A stretch of 61,401 nt of DNA from an uncultured Candidatus Saccharibacteria bacterium (lineage in GTDB: Bacteria; Patescibacteriota; Minisyncoccia; Ryanbacterales; 2-02-FULL-48-12), in assembly GCA_964479945.1 (NCBI GenBank), contig CAYZNS010000005.1:1-61401 (forward strand), written 5' to 3'. Below, piece by piece: positions 9,367-19,180 of this stretch. Position 1 is the first letter of the stretch. Each line of letters opens with the position of its first letter. Under the pieces are notes generated by a model. The model saw only the letters and a list, made by a program, of their open reading frames with translations, was not told where the DNA came from and did no database searches. The position numbers and the translations under genes were made by a program.

Positions 9367-9742
9367 GTCATTCCCGCGAAGGCGGGAATCCAGTTTCTTG
9401 AAAAACCATAAGAAACAATAACCAAATCCCAAACCAGAATCCCGAAACATTTCTTCTGGTTAGTTATTTGAGCTTGCCCACATTCAATTTACAAGTGCAA
9501 CTTTTCAATAAAAAGCTTGTAAATCAATGATAATATTTTTAGCTAGCAAAAATTGGGTTTCGTGCTTTGTTTTCAACAGATTTCCTCATTTTTTGATAAG
9601 CGATTTTATCCAATAAACATTAGATATTTCCCGCAATAAGTTGCACTCCTAAATTGATTACACCTTGTGTATTTTTTCGGAATTCGCACTTGTGTATTGG
9701 AACTTTTAAGTAAAACTGGATTCCCGCCTTCGCGGGAATGAC
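9367..9742. repeat. Exact inverted pair of 27-bp ATTCCC-N8-GGGAAT (dRS3-like) palindromes enclosing AT-rich DNA
   Basis: GTCATTCCCGCGAAGGCGGGAATCCAG (9367-9393) and its exact reverse complement (9716-9742). Confidence 0.85.
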
Positions 9743-9805
9743 AAAATAAGACACATAGAACAACTTCAATATGTTTCTGTAAGTGCGCGTTGCCTCGGTC
9801 GTTAT

Positions 9806-10315
9806 ATGGTAATAATGCATCATAGTAATTCACCTTTGATGGGTATGAACGCTTTGCAGCAGAAACCTATACAGCACATTCGCTTGCCGCATTTCCGCGG
9901 TTTGCAGACGCGTTTGTTTGAACGTATAAGCCTGGCTGCGTTTTTTATGCTTTTGGTATACGTAATATTGATAATTAAGTTGGTTACGCTTGAGTTGCTC
10001 AACGATAGTTTTATGTTTGCCGCATACAACATATTGGTAGCGGTATATATATTATCGCGTTATTTTTTAGCGTATTTCTATGATCCTAAAGTGAAGACAA
10101 ACAGATCCTACATGCCGTCTATCACCTTTGTAACGCCGGCAAAAAACGAGGAAGAAAACATTGCGCGCGCCATTGCCTGTATGGCCGCGAGTGATTATCC
10201 GAAAAATCTCATTGAAATAATCACCATAGACGACAGATCAACGGACAATACGTATAGCGAGATGTTGAAAGCGGCGGCGGAGCGGCATACGTCTTGCCGG
10301 TGGGGAGGAGCTTGA
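9806..10315 (+). pseudogene. Truncated GT2 glycosyltransferase (hyaluronan/chitin-synthase-like N-terminus)
   Basis: Two TM helices, ITFVTPAKNEE and IITIDDRSTDNT, then similarity ends and a stop follows. No DxD/QxxRW region. Confidence 0.75.
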
Positions 10316-10493
10316 AATCGGCATATACGTGGACGGTCCGCGCGCCGGTTGCCTTCTTGATAATGAGATTATTATAACGGCATCTCCATCTGCCGCTATG
10401 CCGGGGCATGGCAGTATCGGGTTTAAAACGTGGGACCCGGAACCGCAAAGAGTACTAGCGCGCGTAAAAGAGGTGCAAGTGGAATCGTTGTAA
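10287..10493 (+). pseudogene. Start-less 3' remnant of a different, beta-rich protein gene
   Basis: Frame +1 relative to GT2 reads IRLAGGEELEIGIYVDG...GHGSIGFKTWDPEPQRVLARVKEVQVESL*. An in-frame stop lies just upstream. Confidence 0.5.
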
Positions 10494-10495
10494 GT

Positions 10496-10557
10496 ATGTG
10501 ACTAGCCGAGCTTCGCATTCCGGTGCAACCGTGGATGAGTAGCTCGGCTTGGCACAT
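10496..10557 (+). repeat. ATGTGACT...GGCACAT hairpin family, copy B
   Basis: Same arms as 6102-6160 and 42866-42923; lies right after the remnant's stop codon. Confidence 0.75.
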
Positions 10558-10706
10558 CAAGACAGCTAAAAAGATGCTAATGCCTAATATTGTATATAAC
10601 ATGTGGATAACTTTACAAAGAGCCTTTATTTTTCCCGCCATAGGGGTTATTGAAAATGCATCGAGAGGATTGTCGTATGTGATGATGCATGATAAAATGT
10701 CTCCTT

Positions 10707-11557
10707 ATGCGTACCATATTACGTCCTGCAGCAGCCGGCGTTATTATTGCAGGGGTGACGGCTGCTGCAGTAATGGGAATTTCTTCCCCCTTATTTATTC
10801 AAGCTTCTACAGCCGCAATAGTCTCATCGCCCTTCCACTATCGCTTCCATGTGGACGGAGTCCTTGACGAAGCAGGGACAATGGCGGACAGTTGGAGTGC
10901 ATACTGGTGGGTAAATTCAGGAGCGCAATTTTTAATAGAAAACGGCATAGGCCAGACGATTCAAGGAGCGCTGCCAAGCGGGTATCGCTGGGCAAAGCTC
11001 TACGGAGCGTCAAGCGCCGTTGATACGGATAACGGCCTCTACCCCCAGAACTTATTCCGGCTTGTCACCAGAAATCAGTGGCATAATATCCAGCAGGAAC
11101 TGTATTTCCGCATACGCCGTATTCAAATGACCGCAAGCCCGAACCGTAACGCTTCTAACGGCATTCTGCTCATGAGCAGATATGCCGAAGATGGCCGACG
11201 TTGTATTATGCGGGATTGCGCACAGACGGCGCGGCAACCATAAAAAAGAAATACAAAGGCTCATACACTACACTCGCGTATAAACCGATCTTTGCCCTTG
11301 ACGTGCCGTACGATGCCGATACGAATCCGAATCTTATTCCCGGCAACCGATGGATTGGATTGCGCAGCACGGTAAAAAACCTTCCCGGCGGATCAGTAGC
11401 CATAACGCTGTGGGCCGATATAACAGGCACGGGCGCGTGGACCGAAGTAGCTTCAGCCGTTGATAGCGGCACGGTTATTGCTGAAAAAGGATATGCGGGC
11501 ATTCGTACCGATTTTATGGACGTGGAGTTTGACGATTACCGCGCGAAAGAGTTGTAA
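10707..11557 (+). pseudogene. Secreted beta-sandwich (lectin/ConA-like) protein split by a 1-nt frameshift near 11196
   Basis: ORFs 10689-11243 and 11201-11557 join as ...SRYAEDG/TLYYAGLRTDG... Signal-like N-terminus; C-terminus GYAGIRTDFMDVEFDD. Confidence 0.65.
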
Positions 11558-11581
11558 TGCACAGCGCCAAAGAAGTGCCAG

Positions 11582-12184
11582 ATGGCCTTCCTGCTAGGTG
11601 CTATGCCCCTTGAAGACAAGCATTTAATTGAAAACGCGCAAAAGGACGCAGAGGCATACACATTTGTGTACCAAAAGTACTCGCAAAAAGTGTATGCGTA
11701 TTTTTGGCACCGCGTAGGGTACAATAAGGAAGTCGCGGAGGATCTCGCGCAAGAGACGTTTCTGCGCGCATTCCAGCACTTGGAGCGATACGACGACCGT
11801 GGATATTCGTATTTTTCCTATTTGCTTCGCATTGCGCACAACATTCTCGTTAATTACTACCGCAAGAAAGAGCCAACGCCCGTGCCGCATCCGGAGTTCA
11901 TATATACTGCGCCGCAAAGCAGTCTTTCCGACGTAGAGCATACATGCGATTCATTGCGTTTATGGGATGCCATGCAAGGCTTGCCGATAAACGAGCAAAA
12001 CGCGCTGATTCTCTACTACTGGGAAGACATGCCAGTGCGCGCTATTGCCCAACAACTGCAAAAAAGCGAAAACGCGGTAAAACTTTTGTTGTCGCGCGGT
12101 CGCAAGCGCCTTGCAAAAAGCGATTTATTTAACGGATATGACGGCACGCTTCCGCGGCGTATTCAGGAAATTGCAGAGATTTGA
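11582..12184 (+). CDS. ECF (sigma-70 group 4) RNA polymerase sigma factor
   Basis: Region 2 AEDLAQETFLRAF...FSYLLRIAHN; region 4 HTH VKLLLSRGRKRL. Start may be a few codons later. Confidence 0.9.
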   Translation: MAFLLGAMPLEDKHLIENAQKDAEAYTFVYQKYSQKVYAYFWHRVGYNKEVAEDLAQETFLRAFQHLERYDDRGYSYFSYLLRIAHNILVNYYRKKEPTPVPHPEFIYTAPQSSLSDVEHTCDSLRLWDAMQGLPINEQNALILYYWEDMPVRAIAQQLQKSENAVKLLLSRGRKRLAKSDLFNGYDGTLPRRIQEIAEI

Positions 12185-12186
12185 GT

Positions 12187-12209
12187 TGTCAGACACTTAG
12201 TGTTTGACA
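12187..12209. repeat. Distal copy of the TGTCAAACACT(A/T)AGTGTTTGACA REP-like palindrome
   Basis: TGTCAGACACTTAGTGTTTGACA, one mismatch to the four copies at 38219-39440. Confidence 0.8.
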
Positions 12210-12299
12210 CCTCTTTGTATGCAAGGTGTTATTTGCTGTAGAACTGAAGGCCTAATACAAAGTTCTTTCTACTGGTTAAGGATGTATTCCAAGAGTTGA

Positions 12300-12333
12300 A
12301 ACAGAAAAGAGGTCTTACGGCCTCTTTTCTGTT
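12300..12333. terminator. Bidirectional-type hairpin
   Basis: AACAGAAAAGAGG-TCTTACGG-CCTCTTTTCTGTT. Confidence 0.65.
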
Positions 12334-12378
12334 TTTGCTTTTTGACACTATTTCCATAGGCAACGTTATAATACTATT

Positions 12379-12516
12379 ATGGAAAAGATACTTGTCCAAA
12401 AAGAGTATGTGGCGGAGCAACAAAGCGCTTATAACGCATTATTGAAGTTGTTATGCTACCTAGGAGGAATTGGCTTATTGATGAGCGGCATGGATTGGAC
12501 GCTGCGTTTGTGGTGA
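12379..12516 (+). CDS. Small hypothetical protein (45 aa, hydrophobic C-terminal half)
   Basis: MEKILVQKEYVAEQQSAYNALLKLLCYLGGIGLLMSGMDWTLRLW*. TTGACA...TATAAT just upstream (19-nt spacer). Confidence 0.4.
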   Translation: MEKILVQKEYVAEQQSAYNALLKLLCYLGGIGLLMSGMDWTLRLW

Positions 12517-12832
12517 GGAAAGGACACTATGTATGGTACTCTGTGTTTCTATTACTATAAAAAGGTCGAGGGGTATTTTTTAAAAACGGGACGTATTAAA
12601 AAGTACAAATGCATATGAGTACGTTAATGGAAAATCGCTACGAGGTACGCAATCTAGTGGTTGAAGCATATGATGATGGTTAGCGGACTTTTGGGCGGTA
12701 CAATTACATATCTGACAGCTGCACCCCTTGGCAGTTGTAATACATGAAAGAGGCAATAAGACGCCTCTTTCGCTTTATATATAATGTGTGATTATAGAAC
12801 ATGAAAATAACTTTGTGATATGATAAACAGAT

Positions 12833-14617
12833 ATGAGGTATTCCATACGGCCCGTTTTACGCGTATTTTGGCAACATGCGCGGCGGTATAAGGCCGCCTG
12901 TTTTCTTGCAGTGTTTTTTCACGCCGGCGTGCATGCCGTAGAGACTATTATACCGCTGTATTACAAGCGCTTCTTTGACACTATTGTGGGTATTACAACA
13001 ACAGTATCTGATTCGGATTTTCGCAGCTTGTTGTTTATTATCGGAATGATTGCGGCATTGCACGGAGTTGCTTGGGTTTTTCGCCGCGTAAGCCAGTTTG
13101 CAATTACATATTTACAGCCTCATGTTATCGCCGATCTTATGAGGACGTCGTTTGCGTATCTTGCACTGCATTCCTATAAATTTTTCTCTGATAGCTTTGC
13201 GGGCTCATTAGTGCGGAGAGTAAATCGCATTGCGCGCTCGTTTGAAACCATTGCGGATCAAATACAATACACCTATATACCGCTGATAGTAACGTTTCCC
13301 ATAATCATCGCCGTGTTGTTTTTGCGGCATCCGTTGCTCGGCACGGTATTTACCGCTTGGCTTGTTGTTTTTATCATCGCGCAGTACGCAGTTACTGTCT
13401 GGAAGCAGAAATATAATATCGCGCTCGCTGCGCAGGATACCAAAACAACCGGCGCATTGTCGGATTCCATCACTAACATTACAACCGTAAAATCGTTTGC
13501 CGGCGAAAAATATGAGCAGTCTTTGTTTTATAACGTAACGGAAGAACTTCGCCGGCTTCAATTTAAAACATGGAGTATTGATGAGCTAATCAATACATTG
13601 CAAGGTATGCTTTTTATTGTGGTTGAAGTCGGTTTACTCTATGCAACGCTGATATTGTGGCGGCGCGGTATCGCCACCATCGGAGATTTTGCGCTTATTC
13701 AGGCCTATGTATTGCGCGCTTTTGACCGCGTATGGATGCTGGGGCATACCATGCGAAAATCTTACGAAGCAATTGCGGATGCGCATGAGATGGTGGAGAT
13801 TTTAGAGATGCCGCATGAGGTGCGTGACCGCCCGCGTGCCAAAAAACTTTCCGTATCAAAAGGCACGATTTCTTTTGAAGATGTTACGTTTAATTTTCAT
13901 GAAACAAGAAGCGTGCTTAAGAATTTTAATCTGCATATCGCGGCGGGAGAAAAAGTGGCGTTGGTAGGACCGTCGGGGGCGGGGAAGACGACTGTCACAA
14001 AACTTCTTTTTCGATTTTATGATGTAACTGCCGGCCGCATAATTCTTGACGGCCAGGATATTTCAAAGGTAACGCAGGAAAGTTTACGATCGGCAGTCTC
14101 ACTCGTGCCGCAGGAGCCGATTTTGTTCCACCGCACGCTCATGGAAAATATCCGCTATGGCAGGCGGGATGCGACGGATGAACAAGTAATTGAAGCCGCG
14201 AAAAAAGCCTATTGCCACGAGTTTATCAGCCGTCTTCCCGATGGGTATGATACCTATGTAGGCGAGCGCGGCATAAAACTTTCCGGTGGGGAGCGCCAAC
14301 GAGTTGCCATAGCGCGCGCTATTTTAAAAAATGCTCCTCTATTGGTTCTTGATGAGGCGACTAGCAGTTTGGATTCGGAATCCGAAGCGCTTATTCAAAG
14401 CGCGTTGTCTATTCTTATGGAAGGCAAAACCGTTGTGGTAATTGCCCATCGGCTTTCCACCATTATGAAAATGGATAGGATTATTGTTATGGAAGAAGGA
14501 GACATCACTGCCATGGGGACACATGCGAAACTGTTAGAAAAAGGAGGCGTATACAAAAAGTTATGGGACATCCAGGCCGGCGGATTTATACAGGATATCT
14601 CGAACACAGAAGTTTAA
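12833..14617 (+). CDS. Fused permease/ATPase ABC exporter (MdlB/MsbA-like)
   Basis: Six TM segments, Walker A GPSGAGKT, LSGGERQR signature, LVLDEATSSLD. Confidence 0.93.
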   Translation: MRYSIRPVLRVFWQHARRYKAACFLAVFFHAGVHAVETIIPLYYKRFFDTIVGITTTVSDSDFRSLLFIIGMIAALHGVAWVFRRVSQFAITYLQPHVIADLMRTSFAYLALHSYKFFSDSFAGSLVRRVNRIARSFETIADQIQYTYIPLIVTFPIIIAVLFLRHPLLGTVFTAWLVVFIIAQYAVTVWKQKYNIALAAQDTKTTGALSDSITNITTVKSFAGEKYEQSLFYNVTEELRRLQFKTWSIDELINTLQGMLFIVVEVGLLYATLILWRRGIATIGDFALIQAYVLRAFDRVWMLGHTMRKSYEAIADAHEMVEILEMPHEVRDRPRAKKLSVSKGTISFEDVTFNFHETRSVLKNFNLHIAAGEKVALVGPSGAGKTTVTKLLFRFYDVTAGRIILDGQDISKVTQESLRSAVSLVPQEPILFHRTLMENIRYGRRDATDEQVIEAAKKAYCHEFISRLPDGYDTYVGERGIKLSGGERQRVAIARAILKNAPLLVLDEATSSLDSESEALIQSALSILMEGKTVVVIAHRLSTIMKMDRIIVMEEGDITAMGTHAKLLEKGGVYKKLWDIQAGGFIQDISNTEV

Positions 14618-14660
14618 ACCCGCGCCACGTTTGCAAAAAAACAGCTTCTAAAATCACTTT

Positions 14661-14708
14661 TTCTATTCTATCAAAAAAACGCAATTGCGATAAATTGATA
14701 GAATAGAA
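14661..14708. repeat. 48-bp TTCTATTCTATC...GATAGAATAGAA palindrome, copy 1
   Basis: Second 48-bp copy at 36678-36725. Both have a CGCAWWTGCGA centre. Confidence 0.75.
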
Positions 14709-14802
14709 ATTCTTTAGCAAATGCAAAATACTTGCAAATAGTTTGACTTGAATAATCCATATACCTCATACTGACAGCTATTATCAGATAACCTATTTAT
14801 AT

Positions 14803-15564
14803 ATGGCTTTAGTATATCTTTATGCCTTGGGAAGCGTTTTTATTGTCAGTTTAGTTTCGCTGATCGGCGTCACAACACTATCGTTCCGCGCGGAGCGGTT
14901 GCGCGGGATGTTGTTTATATTGGTAGCGCTTGCTATCGGCGCCTTGCTGGGGGACGCGTTTATTCACTTGATTCCGGAAGCATTGGAAGAATCAGAAAAT
15001 CCGGCGGCAGTCTCGCTTCTCATTATCGCGGGTATTCTTGCTTTTTTTTGGTTTGAAAAAATTTTGCATTGGCACCACGGCCATCATGGCGACGTGGACG
15101 AAATACAGAGCGAGCACGCGGTAAAACCAATCGGCAAGCTAATTCTCGTCTCCGATGGGCTGCATAATTTTCTGGATGGCCTTATTATCGGCGCGAGCTT
15201 TTTGGTAAGCGTTCCCGTGGGTGTTGCAACAACGATTGCCGTTATACTTCATGAAATACCGCAAGAAATCGGTGACTTCGGCGTGCTGCTGCACGCGGGA
15301 TATGCAAAAACGAAAGCTATATTTTATAATTTTCTCTCTGCGCTTACCGCAATACTCGGCGTGCTGGTTGTTATTGCGATAGGTGAGGGGGCTAAAACGC
15401 TGGTGCAGTGGGTGGTGCCATTTGCCGCGGGCGCTTTCATATATATAGCAAGCGCGGATCTGGTGCCGGAACTCCATAAACAGCGCGGCGGCAGCACGGC
15501 GCTTGCTTCCATGGCCATTTTGGTCGGCGTGGGTATGATGTATTTGCTGTTATTTTTGGAGTAA
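14803..15564 (+). CDS. ZIP-family metal (zinc) transporter
   Basis: HLIPEA, His-rich loop HWHHGHH, DGLHNFLDG, HEIPQEIGDF. Confidence 0.92.
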   Translation: MALVYLYALGSVFIVSLVSLIGVTTLSFRAERLRGMLFILVALAIGALLGDAFIHLIPEALEESENPAAVSLLIIAGILAFFWFEKILHWHHGHHGDVDEIQSEHAVKPIGKLILVSDGLHNFLDGLIIGASFLVSVPVGVATTIAVILHEIPQEIGDFGVLLHAGYAKTKAIFYNFLSALTAILGVLVVIAIGEGAKTLVQWVVPFAAGAFIYIASADLVPELHKQRGGSTALASMAILVGVGMMYLLLFLE

Positions 15565-15567
15565 CTA

Positions 15568-15750
15568 GAGCCTATCTCAAAAATAACCGTTTAAAATAAA
15601 CCATAATAGCACTTGAGGGCTGAAATCCTTAAAATTCGGCTGCAAATTGCAAAAAACTCGTCTGCATAGCATGCTATGCCTCCTCATTTTTTGCAATTTT
15701 CGCGACGAATTTTAAGGATTTCATCACCTCATTATTTTTGAGATAGGCTC
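15568..15750. mobile_element. 183-bp MITE with 19-bp terminal inverted repeats and TA duplication, copy 1
   Basis: TA-GAGCCTATCTCAAAAATAA...TTATTTTTGAGATAGGCTC-TA. Same length and ends as 44726-44908. No ORF. Confidence 0.85.
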
Positions 15751-15755
15751 TAGCT

Positions 15756-16025
15756 TTACTCAATTCCCATAAATTCTTGTTGGGAACTGCGGCTATCTAT
15801 TTGAGGATCGCGGCTGTTCCAAAACAGAAAGAGAGCAAGGACAAGCATGAGTATGCTTAGTATCCAAAGGATAATAACTGCTTGTTGTATGCTTGAAATT
15901 TTGCCGTTAGAGCGCCTGATAAGCAACCGCACAATTTTTGGAGCATCTCGATATCCCATTATTTCATGGAACTGTGTTTTTTGTTTTTCTTTACTGCTTT
16001 TGGAGAGTAAATTAAAATCAGGCAT
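15756..16025 (-). CDS. Small single-TM hypothetical protein
   Basis: 89 aa, one hydrophobic helix, AT-rich. Confidence 0.6.
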   Translation of the reverse strand: MPDFNLLSKSSKEKQKTQFHEIMGYRDAPKIVRLLIRRSNGKISSIQQAVIILWILSILMLVLALFLFWNSRDPQIDSRSSQQEFMGIE

Positions 16026-16039
16026 ATGGGAATTTTACA

Positions 16040-16633
16040 TTAATAATTAACGCAGAGCCAATGATAGGGTTCTCCTAATTCGTACAGCGTGTCATGCGTG
16101 CCGTTGTCATTTTTAGAGAGCGCATTGCTTACCTCCATGTTGCAATGAAGAAAGTAGCGCTGCACGTCATCTATGTCATCTTCAGAACCAAGTATAATAT
16201 AGCGGCAATTGAAGATGCTTCCGAGCCCCAGTTGGAGAGGGTCGTTCCATGTTTTAACGCTTTCACTAATATAACCTTCATCTGCAAGAGTTTCTATAAA
16301 TCCAACGGATGCACTGTTATCAAAGCGAATAATTCCGGCCCAATTAGGAATGGTTCCTCCACAAGAACCATCAGTATTTCTCCATTTGTATGTAAAACCC
16401 CAAAACCCGCTACCTCCATCAGGGTTGAGCGGTACATATGCCTTATGATCATGATAGTACAATTCCAGCGCGTTTTGTAACGCTTTCAACGTTGTTACGC
16501 GTTGCACATCCCGTACTTTTGCCCGCACAGAAGCAATAGCGGTAAACAATAAACTCGCAATAAGCGCAATCAAACTTATCACTACCATAAGCTCTATGAG
16601 GGTAAATCCGCGCATGGAGTTTGAGTGCTTCAT
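16040..16633 (-). CDS. Type IV pilin / GspG-like pseudopilin
   Basis: Prepilin motif RG|FTLIELMVVISLIA, RDVQR...LQNALELYY, DP motif, Cys pairs. Confidence 0.9.
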   Translation of the reverse strand: MKHSNSMRGFTLIELMVVISLIALIASLLFTAIASVRAKVRDVQRVTTLKALQNALELYYHDHKAYVPLNPDGGSGFWGFTYKWRNTDGSCGGTIPNWAGIIRFDNSASVGFIETLADEGYISESVKTWNDPLQLGLGSIFNCRYIILGSEDDIDDVQRYFLHCNMEVSNALSKNDNGTHDTLYELGEPYHWLCVNY

Positions 16634-16764
16634 AAACGCATGGTATCATATTTGTATGCTTTTGGAATTTTACGGCACTGAGTGCCTGCATTTTCAAATA
16701 TGTCATGTCTATTTTTTTGCACCTATTCATCCCCATGAGCAGAGCTCAAGGAGTATTCTGGACA

Positions 16765-16915
16765 AAAAATAAAAAAGCCGCTTTAAGAGGGCGGCTTATA
16801 AAAAGAGCAACGGAGGCAATGAGGGAGTAAGGAGGAAGAACCCCCCTCATTATCCATCCGTTGCTGTCACCAGCTGGAGAGGAGGGATGTCCCGAGCTAG
16901 TGAAATGTGAATTAT
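16765..16915 (-). ncRNA. Candidate small RNA divergent from the suf operon; bounds approximate
   Basis: Minus-strand TTGACA-17 nt-TAGGAT, 60-nt hairpin at 16806-16865, then terminator hairpin at 16775-16797 with U-tract. Confidence 0.4.
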
Positions 16916-17002
16916 TTATATCCTATACTATACGGATTTTCGTGTCAATAGGCAGTTGACGCCGGTCTTTTTTTGCGGTACATTATATAGATACGCATCT
17001 AT

Positions 17003-18397
17003 ATGAATATACAAGAAATAGACAGGTCAAAGTATGACGCGGCGGACGCGGTTCGGGAGCGATACCGCGCTGATTTGGGCTTGACGGAAGCGCTAGTGTA
17101 TGAGATATCGCGGCAGAAAAAGGAGCCCGCATGGATGTTGGAGAAGCGCCTTAAAGCATTTAAGTTATTTCAAGAAACGCCTCTGCCTTCATGGGGACCT
17201 AACCTCTCAAAACTGCAATTGGATACTATTGCATATTATGTGCGGCCGGATGCAAAAGAATCAACATCTTGGGATGATGTGCCGGAAGACATCCGCCGCA
17301 CCTTTGACCGCTTGGGGCTTCCGGAGGCTGAAAAGCGCTCGCTGGGCGGGGTCGGCGCGCAATATGATGCCGATGTGGTATATCACAATATAAAGGAAGA
17401 ATGGGCGCGGCAGGGAGTCGTGTTTGAAAATATGGACGTCGCGGTGCAGAAATATCCGGAGCTTGCGCAGAAGCATTTTATGACGCGCTGCGTGCCGGTT
17501 AATGATCATACATTCGCCATGCTGCATGCGGCGGTTTGGTCTGGCGGGACATTCATCTATGTGCCTCAAGGCGTTAACGTTATGTTTCCTTTGCAGGCGT
17601 ATTTCCGCATGAATGCCGAGCGTGGCGGACAGTTTGAGCACACGCTTATCATTGCGGATGCCGGCGCGGAAGTTTCTTATATAGAAGGATGTTCCGCGCC
17701 TCGCTATATGACGAATGCCCTGCATGCCGGCTGCGTGGAACTGTTTGTGGGAGAAGGAGCTACGGTACGGTATTCCAGCATAGAAAACTGGAGTTTGAAC
17801 ACCTATAACTTAAATACCAAGCGCGCCATTGTGGAAAAGAACGGCACAGTGGAATGGGTCAACGGCAATATGGGTTCCGGCACTACCATGCTGTATCCCT
17901 CAAGTATTCTTGTAGGCGAGGGTGCCCGGTCGGAAAGTTTGGGGATTGCCGTAGCGGGTCCCGGACAGCATCAGGATACCGGTTCCAAAGCAATACACGT
18001 AGCGCCGCGCACGTCATCGGTTGTGCGCGCAAAAAGCATCTCGTACGGCGGAGGCATTTCATCGTATCGCGGGCTTGTGCGCGTGGGTCCGAAAGCGGAC
18101 GAGACGATTTCCAACGTTATGTGCGAGGCGCTCATTCTTGATGAAGCATCGCAGGCGCATACGTATCCTTTTATCAAAGCGGAAAATACCAATTCGGATA
18201 TTTCCCACGAGGCGCGCACGGGACGCATCGGGGATGAGGAATTATTTTATGCTATGAGCCGCGGCCTTACGGAAGAACAGGCGCTGAAGATGATCGTGAG
18301 CGGTTTTGTGGAAGAAGTATCAAAAAAACTGCCGGTGGAATATGCGGTTGAGTTTAACAGGCTCATTGATCTTCAAATGGAAGGAGCAGTCGGATAG
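17003..18397 (+). CDS. sufB: Fe-S cluster assembly protein SufB
   Basis: GVGAQYD, PLQAYFRMN...GQFEHTLII, YIEGCSAP, HEARTGRI. Confidence 0.95.
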   Translation: MNIQEIDRSKYDAADAVRERYRADLGLTEALVYEISRQKKEPAWMLEKRLKAFKLFQETPLPSWGPNLSKLQLDTIAYYVRPDAKESTSWDDVPEDIRRTFDRLGLPEAEKRSLGGVGAQYDADVVYHNIKEEWARQGVVFENMDVAVQKYPELAQKHFMTRCVPVNDHTFAMLHAAVWSGGTFIYVPQGVNVMFPLQAYFRMNAERGGQFEHTLIIADAGAEVSYIEGCSAPRYMTNALHAGCVELFVGEGATVRYSSIENWSLNTYNLNTKRAIVEKNGTVEWVNGNMGSGTTMLYPSSILVGEGARSESLGIAVAGPGQHQDTGSKAIHVAPRTSSVVRAKSISYGGGISSYRGLVRVGPKADETISNVMCEALILDEASQAHTYPFIKAENTNSDISHEARTGRIGDEELFYAMSRGLTEEQALKMIVSGFVEEVSKKLPVEYAVEFNRLIDLQMEGAVG

Positions 18398-18471
18398 ATA
18401 CAATGCAAAATGCAAAGTGCAAAGTGCAAAATTTTGGTGTTCGCTTCGCTCACGGATTTATACATAGTTTC

Positions 18472-19116
18472 ATGAACGAATTCATATATAATTTAGCCAA
18501 GCTCCCACAGAATTTTACGAAAGAGTTGTTCATTCCTGAACATGCTGCTTACACGCTCAAAATTACGGGTGATGTATCGCACAATGTTTCGTATGCCTTT
18601 ACCGCGCGCGTTGCAAAAAATGCGTCGCTTACCGTGGAGGACTTTGTGAGGACAACAGCAAATTGCACCTCACGGCTTATGGTACTGTTGGAGGGCGCGG
18701 GTGCCGCCGTTAAAGACATTAGCAGATACCACGGAAGTGAGTCTGCCCGTTTCGACATTGAACGCGTGGTTGTGCATACGGGGGAACAGACGGTTTCGCA
18801 CTTGGAGGCGCGCGGTGTCGGCGAGGACACGGCGCATGCCGTATGGCGCGGGCGCGTGCATGTGGCTGCCAGCGCGCGCAAGTGCCAGGCGTTTCAGAGG
18901 TATGATGCGCTCTTGGCGGGAGAAAAACCGTTTGTGGACGCGTCTCCCGTACTGGAGATTCACACTAATGACGTTCAGTGCAGCCATAGCGCTTCCGTGC
19001 AGCGGATTAAGCCGGAGCATATGTTTTATATGGGAAGCAGGGGAATCGTTGAAGAGAAAGCGCGGAGGATGTTGATAGAGGGATTTCTAGGAAAGGAAAT
19101 AGGAGATAGGAAATAG
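18472..19116 (+). CDS. sufD: Short SufD (C-terminal beta-helix only)
   Basis: PVLEIHTNDVQCSHSASV, FYMGSRGI. The ORF-track start at 18403 only translates a heptad repeat. Confidence 0.8.
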   Translation: MNEFIYNLAKLPQNFTKELFIPEHAAYTLKITGDVSHNVSYAFTARVAKNASLTVEDFVRTTANCTSRLMVLLEGAGAAVKDISRYHGSESARFDIERVVVHTGEQTVSHLEARGVGEDTAHAVWRGRVHVAASARKCQAFQRYDALLAGEKPFVDASPVLEIHTNDVQCSHSASVQRIKPEHMFYMGSRGIVEEKARRMLIEGFLGKEIGDRK

Positions 19117-19180
19117 CTTGTAGAGAAAAAAGCTTTTCTACAAGCTACAAGCTAATTCCTATTTCCTGAGCAATACAATA

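Noticed and set aside
9394-9715. Gene cassette between the dRS3-like repeats
   Set aside because: Only short, low-complexity ORFs with no RBS or motif.
14788-14806. Partial match to unit 2 spacers near the ZIP start; also TCATAGTA at 27800 and GGAATATA near 34213
   Set aside because: Only 13/18 or single-half matches; not distinguishable from chance.
16806-16865. SRP RNA or a known riboswitch
   Set aside because: No SRP GNRA/CAGG-AGCA motif or riboswitch consensus recognised; kept only as an unclassified sRNA candidate.
18403-18471. N-terminal extensions of sufD (also the ORF-track starts at 4598 and 58804)
   Set aside because: They translate or abut heptad repeat DNA; downstream ATGs fit the families better.
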